64,000 nucleotides of DNA, from positions 5,640-69,639 of the IMG/VR virus record IMGVR_UViG_3300047157_000098; one strand, given 5' to 3'. Of this stretch, positions 38,970 to 48,697 are shown in pieces. Origin of the DNA: a virus. The notes under the pieces were generated by a model, which was given only the letters and a program-made list of their open reading frames with translations, did not search any database and was not told where the DNA came from. The first letter of the stretch is position 1, and the number at the start of each line of letters is the position of its first letter. A program made the translations under genes and the position numbers.

Positions 38970-39156
38970 AGATAAACATATATGGGAAGGTTGGACGGTT
39001 GGTTGCTTCATTGATGATATAGAACCTATATTTGATATGTGTGCTCCGTTCCATGACAAACAAAGTCTTAAAAGATGGGTTGCACAAGAACAACCTTATT
39101 ATAAAAAACATATACCAGAAGTATATAATTACTTTTTAAAAAAATCAGGATTATGA
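38962..39156 (+). CDS. hypothetical protein (64 aa)
   Basis: MNRDKHIWEGWTVGCFIDDIEP..QPYYKKHIPEV, coupled to the ligase. Confidence 0.6.
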   Translation: MNRDKHIWEGWTVGCFIDDIEPIFDMCAPFHDKQSLKRWVAQEQPYYKKHIPEVYNYFLKKSGL

Positions 39157-39259
39157 CAAAAACAATATGGAAATTATATAATGAGAATATGATTAGCATA
39201 GACGTAGCTAACGAGTTGTTAGACGCGTGGTATGAAAGAAACAGTAGAAAATATAAATA

Positions 39260-39607
39260 ATGATGAATATAGTAACTACATTATTAGCTTCAGTTTATGT
39301 GACAGCAACTATTTACCACGCTGTACCATCGCAAACTGATAGCACACCATTTGTAACAGCCAGCAATTCTAGAATTAATCCCGAGAACCCTCAGGGTCAC
39401 AGATGGATTGCAGTCTCAAGAGACCTAGAAAAGCTTGGCTTTACATTCGGTACAAAAGTTTGTGTGTACGATGCTGGTACATTGTCCGGTGAATGGACAG
39501 TACAAGATCGAATGAACAAACGATGGACTAAAAGAATAGACTTTCTAGTTAATGAAGATATAACTGGAGGTAAGTGGAATAATATAAAAATAGAAATTAT
39601 AAAATGA
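39260..39607 (+). CDS. 3D-domain (MltA-like) cell-wall-active protein
   Basis: TATIY..TAS..IAVSRD..FGTKV..VQDR..RIDFLV (three Asp). Confidence 0.75.
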   Translation: MMNIVTTLLASVYVTATIYHAVPSQTDSTPFVTASNSRINPENPQGHRWIAVSRDLEKLGFTFGTKVCVYDAGTLSGEWTVQDRMNKRWTKRIDFLVNEDITGGKWNNIKIEIIK

Positions 39608-40095
39608 ATATATTTTATTTAGATAAAGATCCAGTTAAAGCCGCACAGGTACAATATAATAAGCATGTTGTTAAAATGATTCTTGAATCGGCTCAGATGT
39701 TATGTACCGCACATCATTTACTGTGTCCAGAAGAATCAGACAATATACCTTATAAAATCGCCCATAAAAACCATCCATCAACTGTATGGGTTAGACAAAG
39801 TGCTAGCCATTATTCTTGGCTGTACTATCATATGATAGCATTAGGTGAAGAATATACTAAAAGATATGGTAAAACACATTTAACTATTACTAAATGTAAA
39901 GACGTTCTTGCTAAATATCCAGGTGGTATATTCCACGTAGGATTTGAAGAACCTCCACAGTGTATGCCTGATGAGTACAAACACGAAAGTGCTATACACG
40001 CGTACTGGAACTACTATATAGGCGATAAGTCAGCTATATGTAATACCAAAAAAGAGAAATTATACACAGAAATACCTAATAATATAGCCGTATAA
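39604..40095 (+). CDS. pyrimidine-dimer DNA glycosylase-like protein
   Basis: MNIFYLD..KHVVKMILESAQML..HKNHPST.W..EY..RYGKTH. Confidence 0.7.
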   Translation: MNIFYLDKDPVKAAQVQYNKHVVKMILESAQMLCTAHHLLCPEESDNIPYKIAHKNHPSTVWVRQSASHYSWLYYHMIALGEEYTKRYGKTHLTITKCKDVLAKYPGGIFHVGFEEPPQCMPDEYKHESAIHAYWNYYIGDKSAICNTKKEKLYTEIPNNIAV

Positions 40096-40171
40096 GTATG
40101 ACAAATAAACTAAGAAAAAGATTAAACAAAAATAATAAAATTATTTTTTTAACATTAAAACCAAAGGGGAC

Positions 40172-40218
40172 TGTGACAACAGCCCTTAAGATATAACTAG
40201 TAACGGGCTTATGTCACA
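40172..40218. promoter_or_regulatory. dyad protein-binding site B overlapping the start codon of 40211..40846
   Basis: TGTGACA-N3-GCCC-N19-GGGC-N3-TGTCACA; shares TAAGA..CTAGTAA core with site A. Confidence 0.7.
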
Positions 40219-40846
40219 AGACAGAAATATAAAGTGGCTAAATAATAGACGCATCGTCTACAGGAGAGATCCTACTACCGATGTACCTACTATTGAGACA
40301 GAACAATATAAATACTACGCTGATGGTACATACCAATGTTATCACTTGTTTAATAGCAAGGCTAAGATAACTACGTATAAATCGTTAAAGTGGCATATGC
40401 TTGTATTGTATTATCTAAATGAAGATACAACACACGACTCGACTGGAGAAGGAGGTAGTATTGAACGAGTGTTTAGATTTATAGCTGATAAAGAAAATGG
40501 GTTTGTTACATTTTTTATTAAAAGCAGAATATTAGATGAAATGATAGAAAACGTTATGACAATAGGTGGTGAACCACCAGCTAATAAAATGCGTAAAGTA
40601 GTATTTAAACCCTACAATGGACTGAGTTTAAGTGAAAAACTTAGCATAGTAGGTAAATTAATAGGTAGATCTTCAGAAGTAGATGAAGAAGCAATCTACC
40701 AAACAATGTTAGATTTAAATGAGTTTGGAAAAAAGATTACAATAAGTAGGATAGCTGGTTTGCTCAACTGTTCTACTAGAACAATATATAGAAATATGAG
40801 CAATCAACTTAAAAACGAAAAAAAAATATTAAATGAAGAAATATAA
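40211..40846 (+). CDS. HTH DNA-binding protein, possibly replication initiator
   Basis: C-terminal KITISRIAGLLNCSTRTIYRNM HTH; layout resembles plasmid Rep C-terminal regions. Confidence 0.6.
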   Translation: MSQDRNIKWLNNRRIVYRRDPTTDVPTIETEQYKYYADGTYQCYHLFNSKAKITTYKSLKWHMLVLYYLNEDTTHDSTGEGGSIERVFRFIADKENGFVTFFIKSRILDEMIENVMTIGGEPPANKMRKVVFKPYNGLSLSEKLSIVGKLIGRSSEVDEEAIYQTMLDLNEFGKKITISRIAGLLNCSTRTIYRNMSNQLKNEKKILNEEI

Positions 40847-41597
40847 TATACCCGGTTATATAATCGATAAAGAAGATTTAAAACAATCGTTAGCTAGAAT
40901 ACCTGAACATGGAACAGACTATAATTTATATACTAGAGATCAACTTATAATTAAGTTTTGTCCATTGGCAGAGAATATAGCTAGAAAATTTTCAACTAGT
41001 CAACAAGCCTCTGGTGTTATGAGTATAAGAGATTTAATACAAGAGGGTAGAGCTGGCTTAACTAAAGCTGTTGATAGAATTGATTGGGAAAGACTAAATG
41101 AATCTGAAGATAAAGAAAAAACAATAAAAAGTTTTTTATCAAAGAGAATACGAGGTGCTATCCGTAGATCAATAGATATTAACAGAGGTGACATACGTAT
41201 ACCTGAACATAAATTAAACGAAATACGTAGAAACTTTGGCAAGGATAAAAAAATGGTGTCGATGTTTTTTAATAGTATATTTTTAAGCATAGATGATAAA
41301 CCTAATAATGATGAGAACATGGTATATCAGATACCAGACAAGTCTGAGCCTTATAATATGCAATTACTTAATATATATTTAACTGGTTTGTTAAAGAAAC
41401 ATTTAGATGATAGAGAGTATAATGTATTGAGACTTAGCTATGGATTAGATTGTGACAAGCATTCAGCAAAGCAAATTGCAACTGAATTAAACATCGAAGG
41501 ATCTAGCTCTTACGTGAGAGTTTCACAGCTAAAAAAGCAAGCGGTAGATAAGTTAATAGAAAACGTAGACCACTCGCAAGTGCTTGATTACCTATAA
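40833..41597 (+). CDS. phage sigma-70-family RNA polymerase sigma factor
   Basis: Region 2 PLAENIARKF..DLIQEGRAGLTKAVDRID..RIRGAIRRSID..IRIP; region 4 LDDREYNVLRLSYGL..KQIATEL..VRVSQLKKQAVDKL. Confidence 0.92.
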   Translation: MKKYNIPGYIIDKEDLKQSLARIPEHGTDYNLYTRDQLIIKFCPLAENIARKFSTSQQASGVMSIRDLIQEGRAGLTKAVDRIDWERLNESEDKEKTIKSFLSKRIRGAIRRSIDINRGDIRIPEHKLNEIRRNFGKDKKMVSMFFNSIFLSIDDKPNNDENMVYQIPDKSEPYNMQLLNIYLTGLLKKHLDDREYNVLRLSYGLDCDKHSAKQIATELNIEGSSSYVRVSQLKKQAVDKLIENVDHSQVLDYL

Positions 41598-41617
41598 GTT
41601 AGGTGACCAGGTTAATT

Positions 41618-41645
41618 TAAATTTACAAATCTATATGTAATTATA
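41618..41645 (+). promoter_or_regulatory. late/middle-class promoter for the replication operon
   Basis: TAAA-N14-TGTAATTATA immediately after the sigma gene. Confidence 0.7.
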
Positions 41646-41668
41646 TATATAGACCAAAAACCTTAGAT

Positions 41669-42223
41669 ATGAAAGAATTAAACCAAAAACTAGCAATAGT
41701 TCAGACTAAGCTAAAAACCAAGAAGACAAGCTATAACAGCTTCGGTAAATACTTTTTCCGAAAAGCTGAAGACATTCTTGAAGCTGTCAAACCATTTCTA
41801 ATCGAACAAGGCATTACGGTTAAAATAACCGAGGAGATGATCTCCGCAGATCCTGTTCCAATCATTCAATCAACGGCAACAATATCAGATGGCGATAATG
41901 CTATACACGCAACCGCAGTAGTAGGAGTAGACCTTAATCAAAAAGGTATGCAAACAGCGCAGCAGTTCGGTGCAGCCTCGTCTTATGGTAAGAAATATGC
42001 GTTAGGAAATTTATTTTTAATAGACGACACGGCTGATGCTGATAGTACTAATAAGCACGATTCAAAAGCTGTTAGTAAAATAAAACAAGCATCAAAACCA
42101 AACATAACAACAGCACAGTTAAGTAAGGCTGTAGACTATGTTAAATCAGGTGGTAAGCTCGAGGCTATAACTAACAAATACAATGTTTCTAAAGCTCAGT
42201 TGACTGAACTAACAACGTTATAA
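41669..42223 (+). CDS. erf: ERF-family ssDNA annealing protein
   Basis: Q.FGAASSYGKKYALGNLFLIDD..DAD. Confidence 0.85.
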   Translation: MKELNQKLAIVQTKLKTKKTSYNSFGKYFFRKAEDILEAVKPFLIEQGITVKITEEMISADPVPIIQSTATISDGDNAIHATAVVGVDLNQKGMQTAQQFGAASSYGKKYALGNLFLIDDTADADSTNKHDSKAVSKIKQASKPNITTAQLSKAVDYVKSGGKLEAITNKYNVSKAQLTELTTL

Positions 42224-42964
42224 ATGAAGAAAACAGAAATTATTGAAAGACTAAGAAATGATGAGGATTACTACGGTAAGTTTGGAAAACAATACTTAAG
42301 TAACTCAGATATTTACACTCTTTTAAACAATCCCTTGGCTTATGGCACGCCAATGAAACCATCAGCTGCTTTTTTAGTAGGAGGATATTTTCACACTGCA
42401 ATACTTGAACCAGATAAACTGAAAAAGTATAAAGTTATAGAATCTAGCACTCGTAATACAAAAGCATACAGGGAAATGTCAGGTGGTGAGTTGTGTTTAT
42501 TACAACATGAGGTCGATAAAATAGAATTAATGCAAGAAAAACTTATGAGCTTAGATATTGCGTCAGAACTTATTAGAGGTACTGAAGGTAAGCCTAATGA
42601 CTACGAAGTACCTGCTATAAAAGAAATAGCTGGTATGACGTGGAAAGGTAAGGCAGATATCATAAATCATAACGAAAAACTTGTTATTGATCTCAAGACC
42701 ACCGGTGACATTAAGAAATTTCAATGGTCTGCTTCTAAGTTTAATTACGATAGTCAAGCGTACATATACAGTAAACTATTTGGTTATGAAATGCTATTCA
42801 TAGTAATAGACAAAGAAACCTTAGAAATAAATATATGTGACTGTTCTCCGCAATTTTACGAACGAGGCAAGGAAAAGGTAGAACAAGCAGTTGAAGCTTA
42901 CAAGCTGTTTTATGATACCGAGGGTTTTGACCCTAAACAATATTTCGTAAGCAAAACACTTTAA
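42224..42964 (+). CDS. PD-(D/E)XK exonuclease (RecE/DUF3799-like)
   Basis: LSNSDI, G..FHTAILEP, KGKAD..IDLKTT, YDSQAYIY. Confidence 0.8.
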   Translation: MKKTEIIERLRNDEDYYGKFGKQYLSNSDIYTLLNNPLAYGTPMKPSAAFLVGGYFHTAILEPDKLKKYKVIESSTRNTKAYREMSGGELCLLQHEVDKIELMQEKLMSLDIASELIRGTEGKPNDYEVPAIKEIAGMTWKGKADIINHNEKLVIDLKTTGDIKKFQWSASKFNYDSQAYIYSKLFGYEMLFIVIDKETLEINICDCSPQFYERGKEKVEQAVEAYKLFYDTEGFDPKQYFVSKTL

Positions 42965-42974
42965 ATTTAATAAA

Positions 42975-43145
42975 ATGGCAAGAACAAAAAAAAGAGTATG
43001 TAGTGTAACTGGTATTAACACTAGTGTAAACAATTTTTATACAAATCAAAACCACGTAAAAGCCGTAGATAATCTACGCAGAACGACAAGCGCTACTAAA
43101 GAGCAAATGTCTAGAATGTTTAACCAAATTAATCAATACGCATAA
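42975..43145 (+). CDS. 56-aa hypothetical protein
   Basis: Manual translation MARTKKRVCSVTG..; fills the gap. Confidence 0.55.
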   Translation: MARTKKRVCSVTGINTSVNNFYTNQNHVKAVDNLRRTTSATKEQMSRMFNQINQYA

Positions 43146-43146
43146 T

Positions 43147-43467
43147 ATGGCAAGTATAATTAAAGCAAGTATAAACTTGAACAACATACCCAAAGATAAG
43201 ATCTATGTGGGTAAGAAGGGTAAGTATTTACCCATCACAATTACATTGAATGATGAGTTAGATCAGTTCGGTAATCAGGGTCCTGTAGTAGTTGAACAAA
43301 CTAAAGAGGAAAGAGAAACTAAAACTGAAAAGACTTACCTAGGTAATGTAAAAGTAGTATGGACGAACGGTTCTAATGTTGAAGTTGCTCCACGAGATGA
43401 AGCACAGGCTGCACCAGCTATGCCACAAGCACAGGCTGCTCCGGTTGAAGATGATTTACCGTTTTAA
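43147..43467 (+). CDS. single-stranded DNA-binding protein
   Basis: OB-like N-part, acidic tail ending EDDLPF. Confidence 0.75.
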   Translation: MASIIKASINLNNIPKDKIYVGKKGKYLPITITLNDELDQFGNQGPVVVEQTKEERETKTEKTYLGNVKVVWTNGSNVEVAPRDEAQAAPAMPQAQAAPVEDDLPF

Positions 43468-43479
43468 TAAATAATTTAA

Positions 43480-45207
43480 ATGACAGTAGAAGATAAAGAG
43501 ATTAATGGATTTTTGATTGACAAGTTCAATCAACACAACTTAGAAGTTGGGAAGACTCAGGGTGTTTGCCCTACCTGCTCACACACTAGGAAACCTAACA
43601 AGCAGAAGCTTAAATGTGCTTCTTACGATTGGGAACGTGGTCTCGGAACATGTCATAACTGTAGTACCTCGTTTCAATTACATACGTACCAACGTAAAGG
43701 TCAAGCTGAAAAAGTTTACATAAAACCAACCGTAAAGGTTGATGAAGAAAGACCTGAGTTTGTAAGTGATAAAGTAATTGAATGGTTTAAGACTAGAGGA
43801 ATATCAGCTCAGACTCTTGCTAGCTTAAAAGTTAGTGAGGGTTCTGAGTGGATGCCTCAAACTCAGAAACAAGAAAATACAATTAAGTTTAATTATTATA
43901 TGGGCGGTGAGCTTATTAATATAAAATACCGTGACGGTAGAAAAAACTTTAAACTGTATAAAGGTGCTGAAAAGATATTTTATAATATCGATAGTACAGT
44001 TGGTCATGATTCATGTATAATTGTAGAAGGTGAGATGGATGTGTTGGCGTTACACGAAGCAGGTATAACAAACGCTATATCAGTTCCAAACGGTGCTACG
44101 TTAAACACTAATAACTTAGAGTACTTAGACAATTGTATAGATTACTTAGAAGATAAAGATAAAGTTATTTTAGCTGTCGATAACGACGAGGCTGGTAATG
44201 CTTTAAAACAAGAATTAATACGTAGGCTCGGTGCTGAAGTATGTTTTCTTGTAGACTTCGCTGATTGTAAAGATTCAAACGAATACTTAACCAAACATGG
44301 TGCTGATGCCTTAAAAAGTGCTATACACGCATGCAAGCCTGTACCGCTAGAAGGCGTTAGTACATTATATGATATAGAAGATGAACTTAAAGACTTTGTT
44401 AAAAATGGATTCAAACCAGGGTTTCAAGTTGGTTTGGAAAACTTTGATAAGATTTTTTCAACATACACATCTCAGTTTATTACTGTTACTGGCATACCTA
44501 GTAGCGGTAAGTCTGATTTTGTTGATCAGATGGTTGTAGGTTATAACAACAACTACGGTTGGAAGACGGCTTTTGCTAGTCCCGAAAACCAACCTACTTA
44601 TTTACATGCTCACAAGCTAATGAGGAAGGTTTGGCAAGATATGCCTAGACCTTCTGATATTGGTGGAGAGTCTTGGAACAGGGTAGCAGATCACGTTAAT
44701 GATAACTTCTTTTTTATAGACATGGACAGATATACTTTAGAAGCTGTGCTTAAAAAAGGCGCTGAGCTAGTCAAAAGAAAAGGTATAAAATGTTTAGTAC
44801 TTGATCCATTCAATAAAATAAGAGATGTAAACTGTAAGACAGAAGATGTTAACAGGTATACTATGGAGTATTTAACAAAGATCGAAACATTTGCTAAGAA
44901 ATATGATGTATTAGTTTTTGTAGTCGCTCACCCAACTAAAATGTACAAAGATAAAGATGGTAAGATTGAAGAACCAACAATGTACAGTATTAAAGGTGGT
45001 GGTGAATGGTATGATGCTAGTTATCACGGTATATTAGTTCATAGAGATTATGAGGCTAAAACTGTTAAGGCTAAAGTTCTAAAAGTTAAGTTCCAAAACC
45101 TGGGTGAAAACCAAGCTGAAGCTCATTTCAAATGGGAACCAAGATCAGGTTGTTTTATACCTGAGATAACTGATAAAGTAGTGGAAGATGCCTTACCGTG
45201 GGAGTAA
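43480..45207 (+). CDS. DNA primase-helicase (T7 gp4/Twinkle-like)
   Basis: Zn finger CPTC..CHNC, TOPRIM VEGEMD/DND..G, Walker A GIPSSGKS, LVLDP, VVAHPTK. Confidence 0.92.
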   Translation: MTVEDKEINGFLIDKFNQHNLEVGKTQGVCPTCSHTRKPNKQKLKCASYDWERGLGTCHNCSTSFQLHTYQRKGQAEKVYIKPTVKVDEERPEFVSDKVIEWFKTRGISAQTLASLKVSEGSEWMPQTQKQENTIKFNYYMGGELINIKYRDGRKNFKLYKGAEKIFYNIDSTVGHDSCIIVEGEMDVLALHEAGITNAISVPNGATLNTNNLEYLDNCIDYLEDKDKVILAVDNDEAGNALKQELIRRLGAEVCFLVDFADCKDSNEYLTKHGADALKSAIHACKPVPLEGVSTLYDIEDELKDFVKNGFKPGFQVGLENFDKIFSTYTSQFITVTGIPSSGKSDFVDQMVVGYNNNYGWKTAFASPENQPTYLHAHKLMRKVWQDMPRPSDIGGESWNRVADHVNDNFFFIDMDRYTLEAVLKKGAELVKRKGIKCLVLDPFNKIRDVNCKTEDVNRYTMEYLTKIETFAKKYDVLVFVVAHPTKMYKDKDGKIEEPTMYSIKGGGEWYDASYHGILVHRDYEAKTVKAKVLKVKFQNLGENQAEAHFKWEPRSGCFIPEITDKVVEDALPWE

Positions 45208-45460
45208 GAAGACAAAGTATATGGGTGAAAACCCATTTGCAACTATGTCAGCAAACGCTAAGGCTCATAGGTGGTGTTTTAAAAATAACATTTTTATCAC
45301 ACCTGTAGAAGCTGGTTATCAAAGTAGAACTTGGTACTTAGAAATACAGTTAGGTAGCAAGACGTTTAAAAGTCCAGAAACATATGGACCAACAGACGTT
45401 TGGGAAAAGATGTATGAATTTTATAAATATTATTACGATAAATATGAGAAAGAGATTTAA
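45188..45460 (+). CDS. hypothetical protein
   Basis: 90 aa ORF overlapping both neighbours. Confidence 0.6.
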   Translation: MPYRGSKKTKYMGENPFATMSANAKAHRWCFKNNIFITPVEAGYQSRTWYLEIQLGSKTFKSPETYGPTDVWEKMYEFYKYYYDKYEKEI

Positions 45461-46085
45461 AAATGCTAATAAAGCTTATGAGGCTGTTCTTGATGAGATA
45501 TTACAAAACGGTGTAGATTTTGGTGACACAAAAGCTATATTTAATTGTGGTTTTTATATAGACAACCCAAGCCAAAAGCATATAACAAACGCTGAGCGTA
45601 ATTGGAGTCAAAAGTATGCAGCTGCAGAATGGGCTTGGTACTTGTCTGGTGACCCTAATATAATTAAGTTAGGTCAACTGTATGGTAAGATACCACCTAT
45701 ATGGGAACGTATGGCTGATAGTGATGGTAATGTTAATAGTAATTATGGTTATCAATGGATGCGTAACAACCAAATAGATTATGTTGTTGCTAAACTTAGA
45801 GATAATCCAGACACTAGACACGCTGCTATAAGCATATATGATGCTAAAGAATATGATAAGTATGCTAAAGACACTCCTTGTACGTACGCAGTACAATTTA
45901 CAATAATTAATAATAAACTATGTATGTCTGTTTATATGCGTTCTAATGACATCTGGTACGGCTTTTGTAATGATCAATATCAATTTGCATCATTGCAGGA
46001 AATGATTGCAGACAGGCTGTATATTGAGACCGGATGGTATTACCACCATGCACACAACATGCATTTATATAACAACAAATTATGA
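45444..46085 (+). CDS. thymidylate-synthase-fold enzyme, dCMP hydroxymethylase-like
   Basis: Catalytic PCT, MRSNDIWYGFCNDQ (Asp at the specificity position), NMHLY. Confidence 0.75.
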   Translation: MRKRFKNANKAYEAVLDEILQNGVDFGDTKAIFNCGFYIDNPSQKHITNAERNWSQKYAAAEWAWYLSGDPNIIKLGQLYGKIPPIWERMADSDGNVNSNYGYQWMRNNQIDYVVAKLRDNPDTRHAAISIYDAKEYDKYAKDTPCTYAVQFTIINNKLCMSVYMRSNDIWYGFCNDQYQFASLQEMIADRLYIETGWYYHHAHNMHLYNNKL

Positions 46086-46882
46086 TGTATCATTTATACC
46101 ATATACCTGGTAAAAAGATAGGTGTAACCTGTGATCTTAATAACCGGGTCACAAAACAACAAGGCTATAAAGCTGATGAATATGAAGTATTACTTAGTAG
46201 CGACGATATAGATTATATATCAAACATGGAGATACAGTTACAAAAAGCTCATGGCTACAAGGTAGATAGAAAATTATATAAAAATTTAAAACCAATAACC
46301 GATATGAAGATAAACGTGACAGAGCAAACCACAACATTCCCTGTACCAGTTAATAAACTGAAAGGAAGATTGATGGATAATATAGGTATGAGCTGGAATA
46401 CCGAGCATGGAGAGCTAAATATAACAACAGCAACAATTGATTGGATAATGAAAAACGTTAAAACATCAATGTATAACAATGACAGAAGCTATGTATATAA
46501 CAAAGCGTTTGCTAGGTTTTACGATAATAACGATGTATATCCAAGAACTGGAGCCTTATCAATGGGCTCGAAAGCTTCTAAAAAACCTTTAAAAATGTTT
46601 GAAAACATTAGAGAATGGGCACGTGTTAGAGGCTTGTATGATGAAGGTAATCCACATACACAATACGTTAAGCTACAGGAAGAAGCTGGTGAGCTTGCAA
46701 AAGCATTACTTAAGGACGACCAAGTAGAAGTTGTAGACGCTATTGGCGATATGGTAGTTGTGTTGACTAACTTAGCACACTTGAGAGGAGTTAATATAGA
46801 AACTTGTATAACCTCAGCTTACAATGTTATAAACAAGAGAACAGGTAAGATGGTTAACGGAACATTTGTTAAAGATGAATAA
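46082..46882 (+). CDS. MazG-like NTP pyrophosphohydrolase with GIY-YIG-like N-terminal domain
   Basis: KLQEEAGEL..DAIGD..AYNVI..RTGKMVNGTFVK; N-terminal YHLYHIPGKKIGVT.DL..R. Confidence 0.8.
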   Translation: MMYHLYHIPGKKIGVTCDLNNRVTKQQGYKADEYEVLLSSDDIDYISNMEIQLQKAHGYKVDRKLYKNLKPITDMKINVTEQTTTFPVPVNKLKGRLMDNIGMSWNTEHGELNITTATIDWIMKNVKTSMYNNDRSYVYNKAFARFYDNNDVYPRTGALSMGSKASKKPLKMFENIREWARVRGLYDEGNPHTQYVKLQEEAGELAKALLKDDQVEVVDAIGDMVVVLTNLAHLRGVNIETCITSAYNVINKRTGKMVNGTFVKDE

Positions 46883-47150
46883 GAGAACTATATTATTTAG
46901 AGACCCAGTAGTAGAACGTGTAGTAGATAAATTTGTCAGCAGATCTGACGTGGGTTTCAGTAAATACGGAAAAACTCTACACGACGAACGCACAACAGGT
47001 ATTAAAGATCTTGGTAAATATCTTAATGATATACAAGAGGAATTAATGGATGCAGTGCTATACATACAGGCCGCACGCGAAGAGATCAGGGATCTCACAG
47101 AAGAGGCGATTATTAAATCAATCGAGGTTCATGAGGAAGAAGAAATTTAA
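46875..47150 (+). CDS. small all-alpha NTP-pyrophosphatase-like protein
   Basis: R...G..KYG.TL...QEELMDAVLY. Confidence 0.6.
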   Translation: MNKRTILFRDPVVERVVDKFVSRSDVGFSKYGKTLHDERTTGIKDLGKYLNDIQEELMDAVLYIQAAREEIRDLTEEAIIKSIEVHEEEEI

Positions 47151-47583
47151 ACGTAAAAAAGGTCCGGTACAAGCAAAGAAGATATCATTTGATGGTATCG
47201 ACTTTGCCTCAGGGCTTGAGAAATATATGTATATGGCATTAAAGAAAGCTAAAATAAAAGCTTTGTATGAAGGTCAAACGTACGAATTGTCTCCGCCATT
47301 TGATTTTAATTTTGAATCTTATGAGCGATGTGGTAACGGTAAAGGTGAATATAAAAACAGAGGTAATAAGAAAATACTTAATATAAAGTATACGCCTGAT
47401 TTCATTGGTAAGAACTTTATCATAGAAACAAAAGGTAGAGCTAACGAATCATTTCCATTAAGATGGAAGTTATTTAAAAAACTTATAGCCGAAGAAAGAC
47501 TAGAACCTTTTACCTTATACAAACCACAGAATCAAAAAGAATGCGATTTAACAGTAGAACTAATAAAAAATAAATTAATATGA
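47131..47583 (+). CDS. endonuclease I / Holliday junction resolvase (T7 gp3-like)
   Basis: FASGLE..YE..YTPDF..IIETKG. Confidence 0.85.
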   Translation: MRKKKFKRKKGPVQAKKISFDGIDFASGLEKYMYMALKKAKIKALYEGQTYELSPPFDFNFESYERCGNGKGEYKNRGNKKILNIKYTPDFIGKNFIIETKGRANESFPLRWKLFKKLIAEERLEPFTLYKPQNQKECDLTVELIKNKLI

Positions 47584-47729
47584 CAGCATGGGAAATTAAC
47601 CTGGGATTGTTCCCCGGTATATTGTTTGGTTTCAGACAATATGAAGATTATGATAAAATAAAAACAGACTATGTTTTATACCTCGGTATTTTTGACGTAT
47701 GTTTTACGGCTTATTACGACGAAGAGTAA
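47580..47729 (+). CDS. 49-aa hypothetical protein
   Basis: Manual translation MTAWEINLGLFPGILFGFRQYE..; coupled to nrdB (TAATG). Confidence 0.55.
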   Translation: MTAWEINLGLFPGILFGFRQYEDYDKIKTDYVLYLGIFDVCFTAYYDEE

Positions 47730-48697
47730 TGGGATTATTTGACGAAAGAATACCGTATAAGCCTTTTGAGTACCCTGACTATTACACAGAAGGTTGGTTA
47801 AAACAAGCGCAGGCATTTTGGTTACACACTGAAATACCTATGTCAGGAGATGTTAAAGATTGGAATGAATCGTTAACAAAGAAAGAGAAAAACCTGGTAG
47901 GAAATATCCTACTGGGCTTTGCTCAGACTGAATGTGCGGTAAGTGATTACTGGACACAGAAAGTAGTTTCGTGGTTTCCAAAACACGAAATACAACAGAT
48001 GGCTATGATGTTTGGCTCACAGGAAACTGTACACGCTGTAGCATATAGTTATTTAAATGAAACGTTAAAGTTAGAAGATTATGAAGCGTTTTTACACGAA
48101 CCAGCGACAGCTGCGAGGTTTGATAATTTGGTTGCTTACGATGGTAATGACACTATTGGTATTGCAAAAAGTTTGGCTGTTTTTTCTGCCTTTGCTGAGG
48201 GGGTTAGCCTTTATTCTGCTTTTGCTGTGTTATATTCTTTTCAATTAAGAAATTTATTAAAAGGTATAGGTCAGCAAATGAAATGGTCTGTTAGAGATGA
48301 ATCATTACATAGTCGTATGGGTTGTCAACTATTTAGACATATGTGTGAAGAAGATAAAAGCTTACTAGATGCTTGTAGAGATGATATTGTTGAAGCAGCT
48401 AAAACAATGGTTGATCTTGAAGAGAAATATATAGATAAGATGTTTGAAATGGGAGATATTGAAGGTATAAAGTCCTATGATCTAAAACAATTTATAAGAA
48501 AAAGAGCTAATGAAAAACTACAAGAACTTGGCTACCTGGATCTTGGGTCGTACTTCTCGTTTAACGAAAAGGCAGCGGATAGTTTGGACTGGTTTTATCA
48601 TCTTACTGGTGGTCATACCCATACCGATTTTTTCGCTATTAGGTCTACTGACTATTCTAAAGCAAACGAAGGAGAAGACTTTGAAGACGTATGGTAA
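47729..48697 (+). CDS. nrdB: class I ribonucleotide reductase beta subunit
   Basis: ETVH..AYSYL, EGVSLYSAF, RDESLH, HTDFFA..TDY; start MGLFDER. Confidence 0.92.
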   Translation: MGLFDERIPYKPFEYPDYYTEGWLKQAQAFWLHTEIPMSGDVKDWNESLTKKEKNLVGNILLGFAQTECAVSDYWTQKVVSWFPKHEIQQMAMMFGSQETVHAVAYSYLNETLKLEDYEAFLHEPATAARFDNLVAYDGNDTIGIAKSLAVFSAFAEGVSLYSAFAVLYSFQLRNLLKGIGQQMKWSVRDESLHSRMGCQLFRHMCEEDKSLLDACRDDIVEAAKTMVDLEEKYIDKMFEMGDIEGIKSYDLKQFIRKRANEKLQELGYLDLGSYFSFNEKAADSLDWFYHLTGGHTHTDFFAIRSTDYSKANEGEDFEDVW

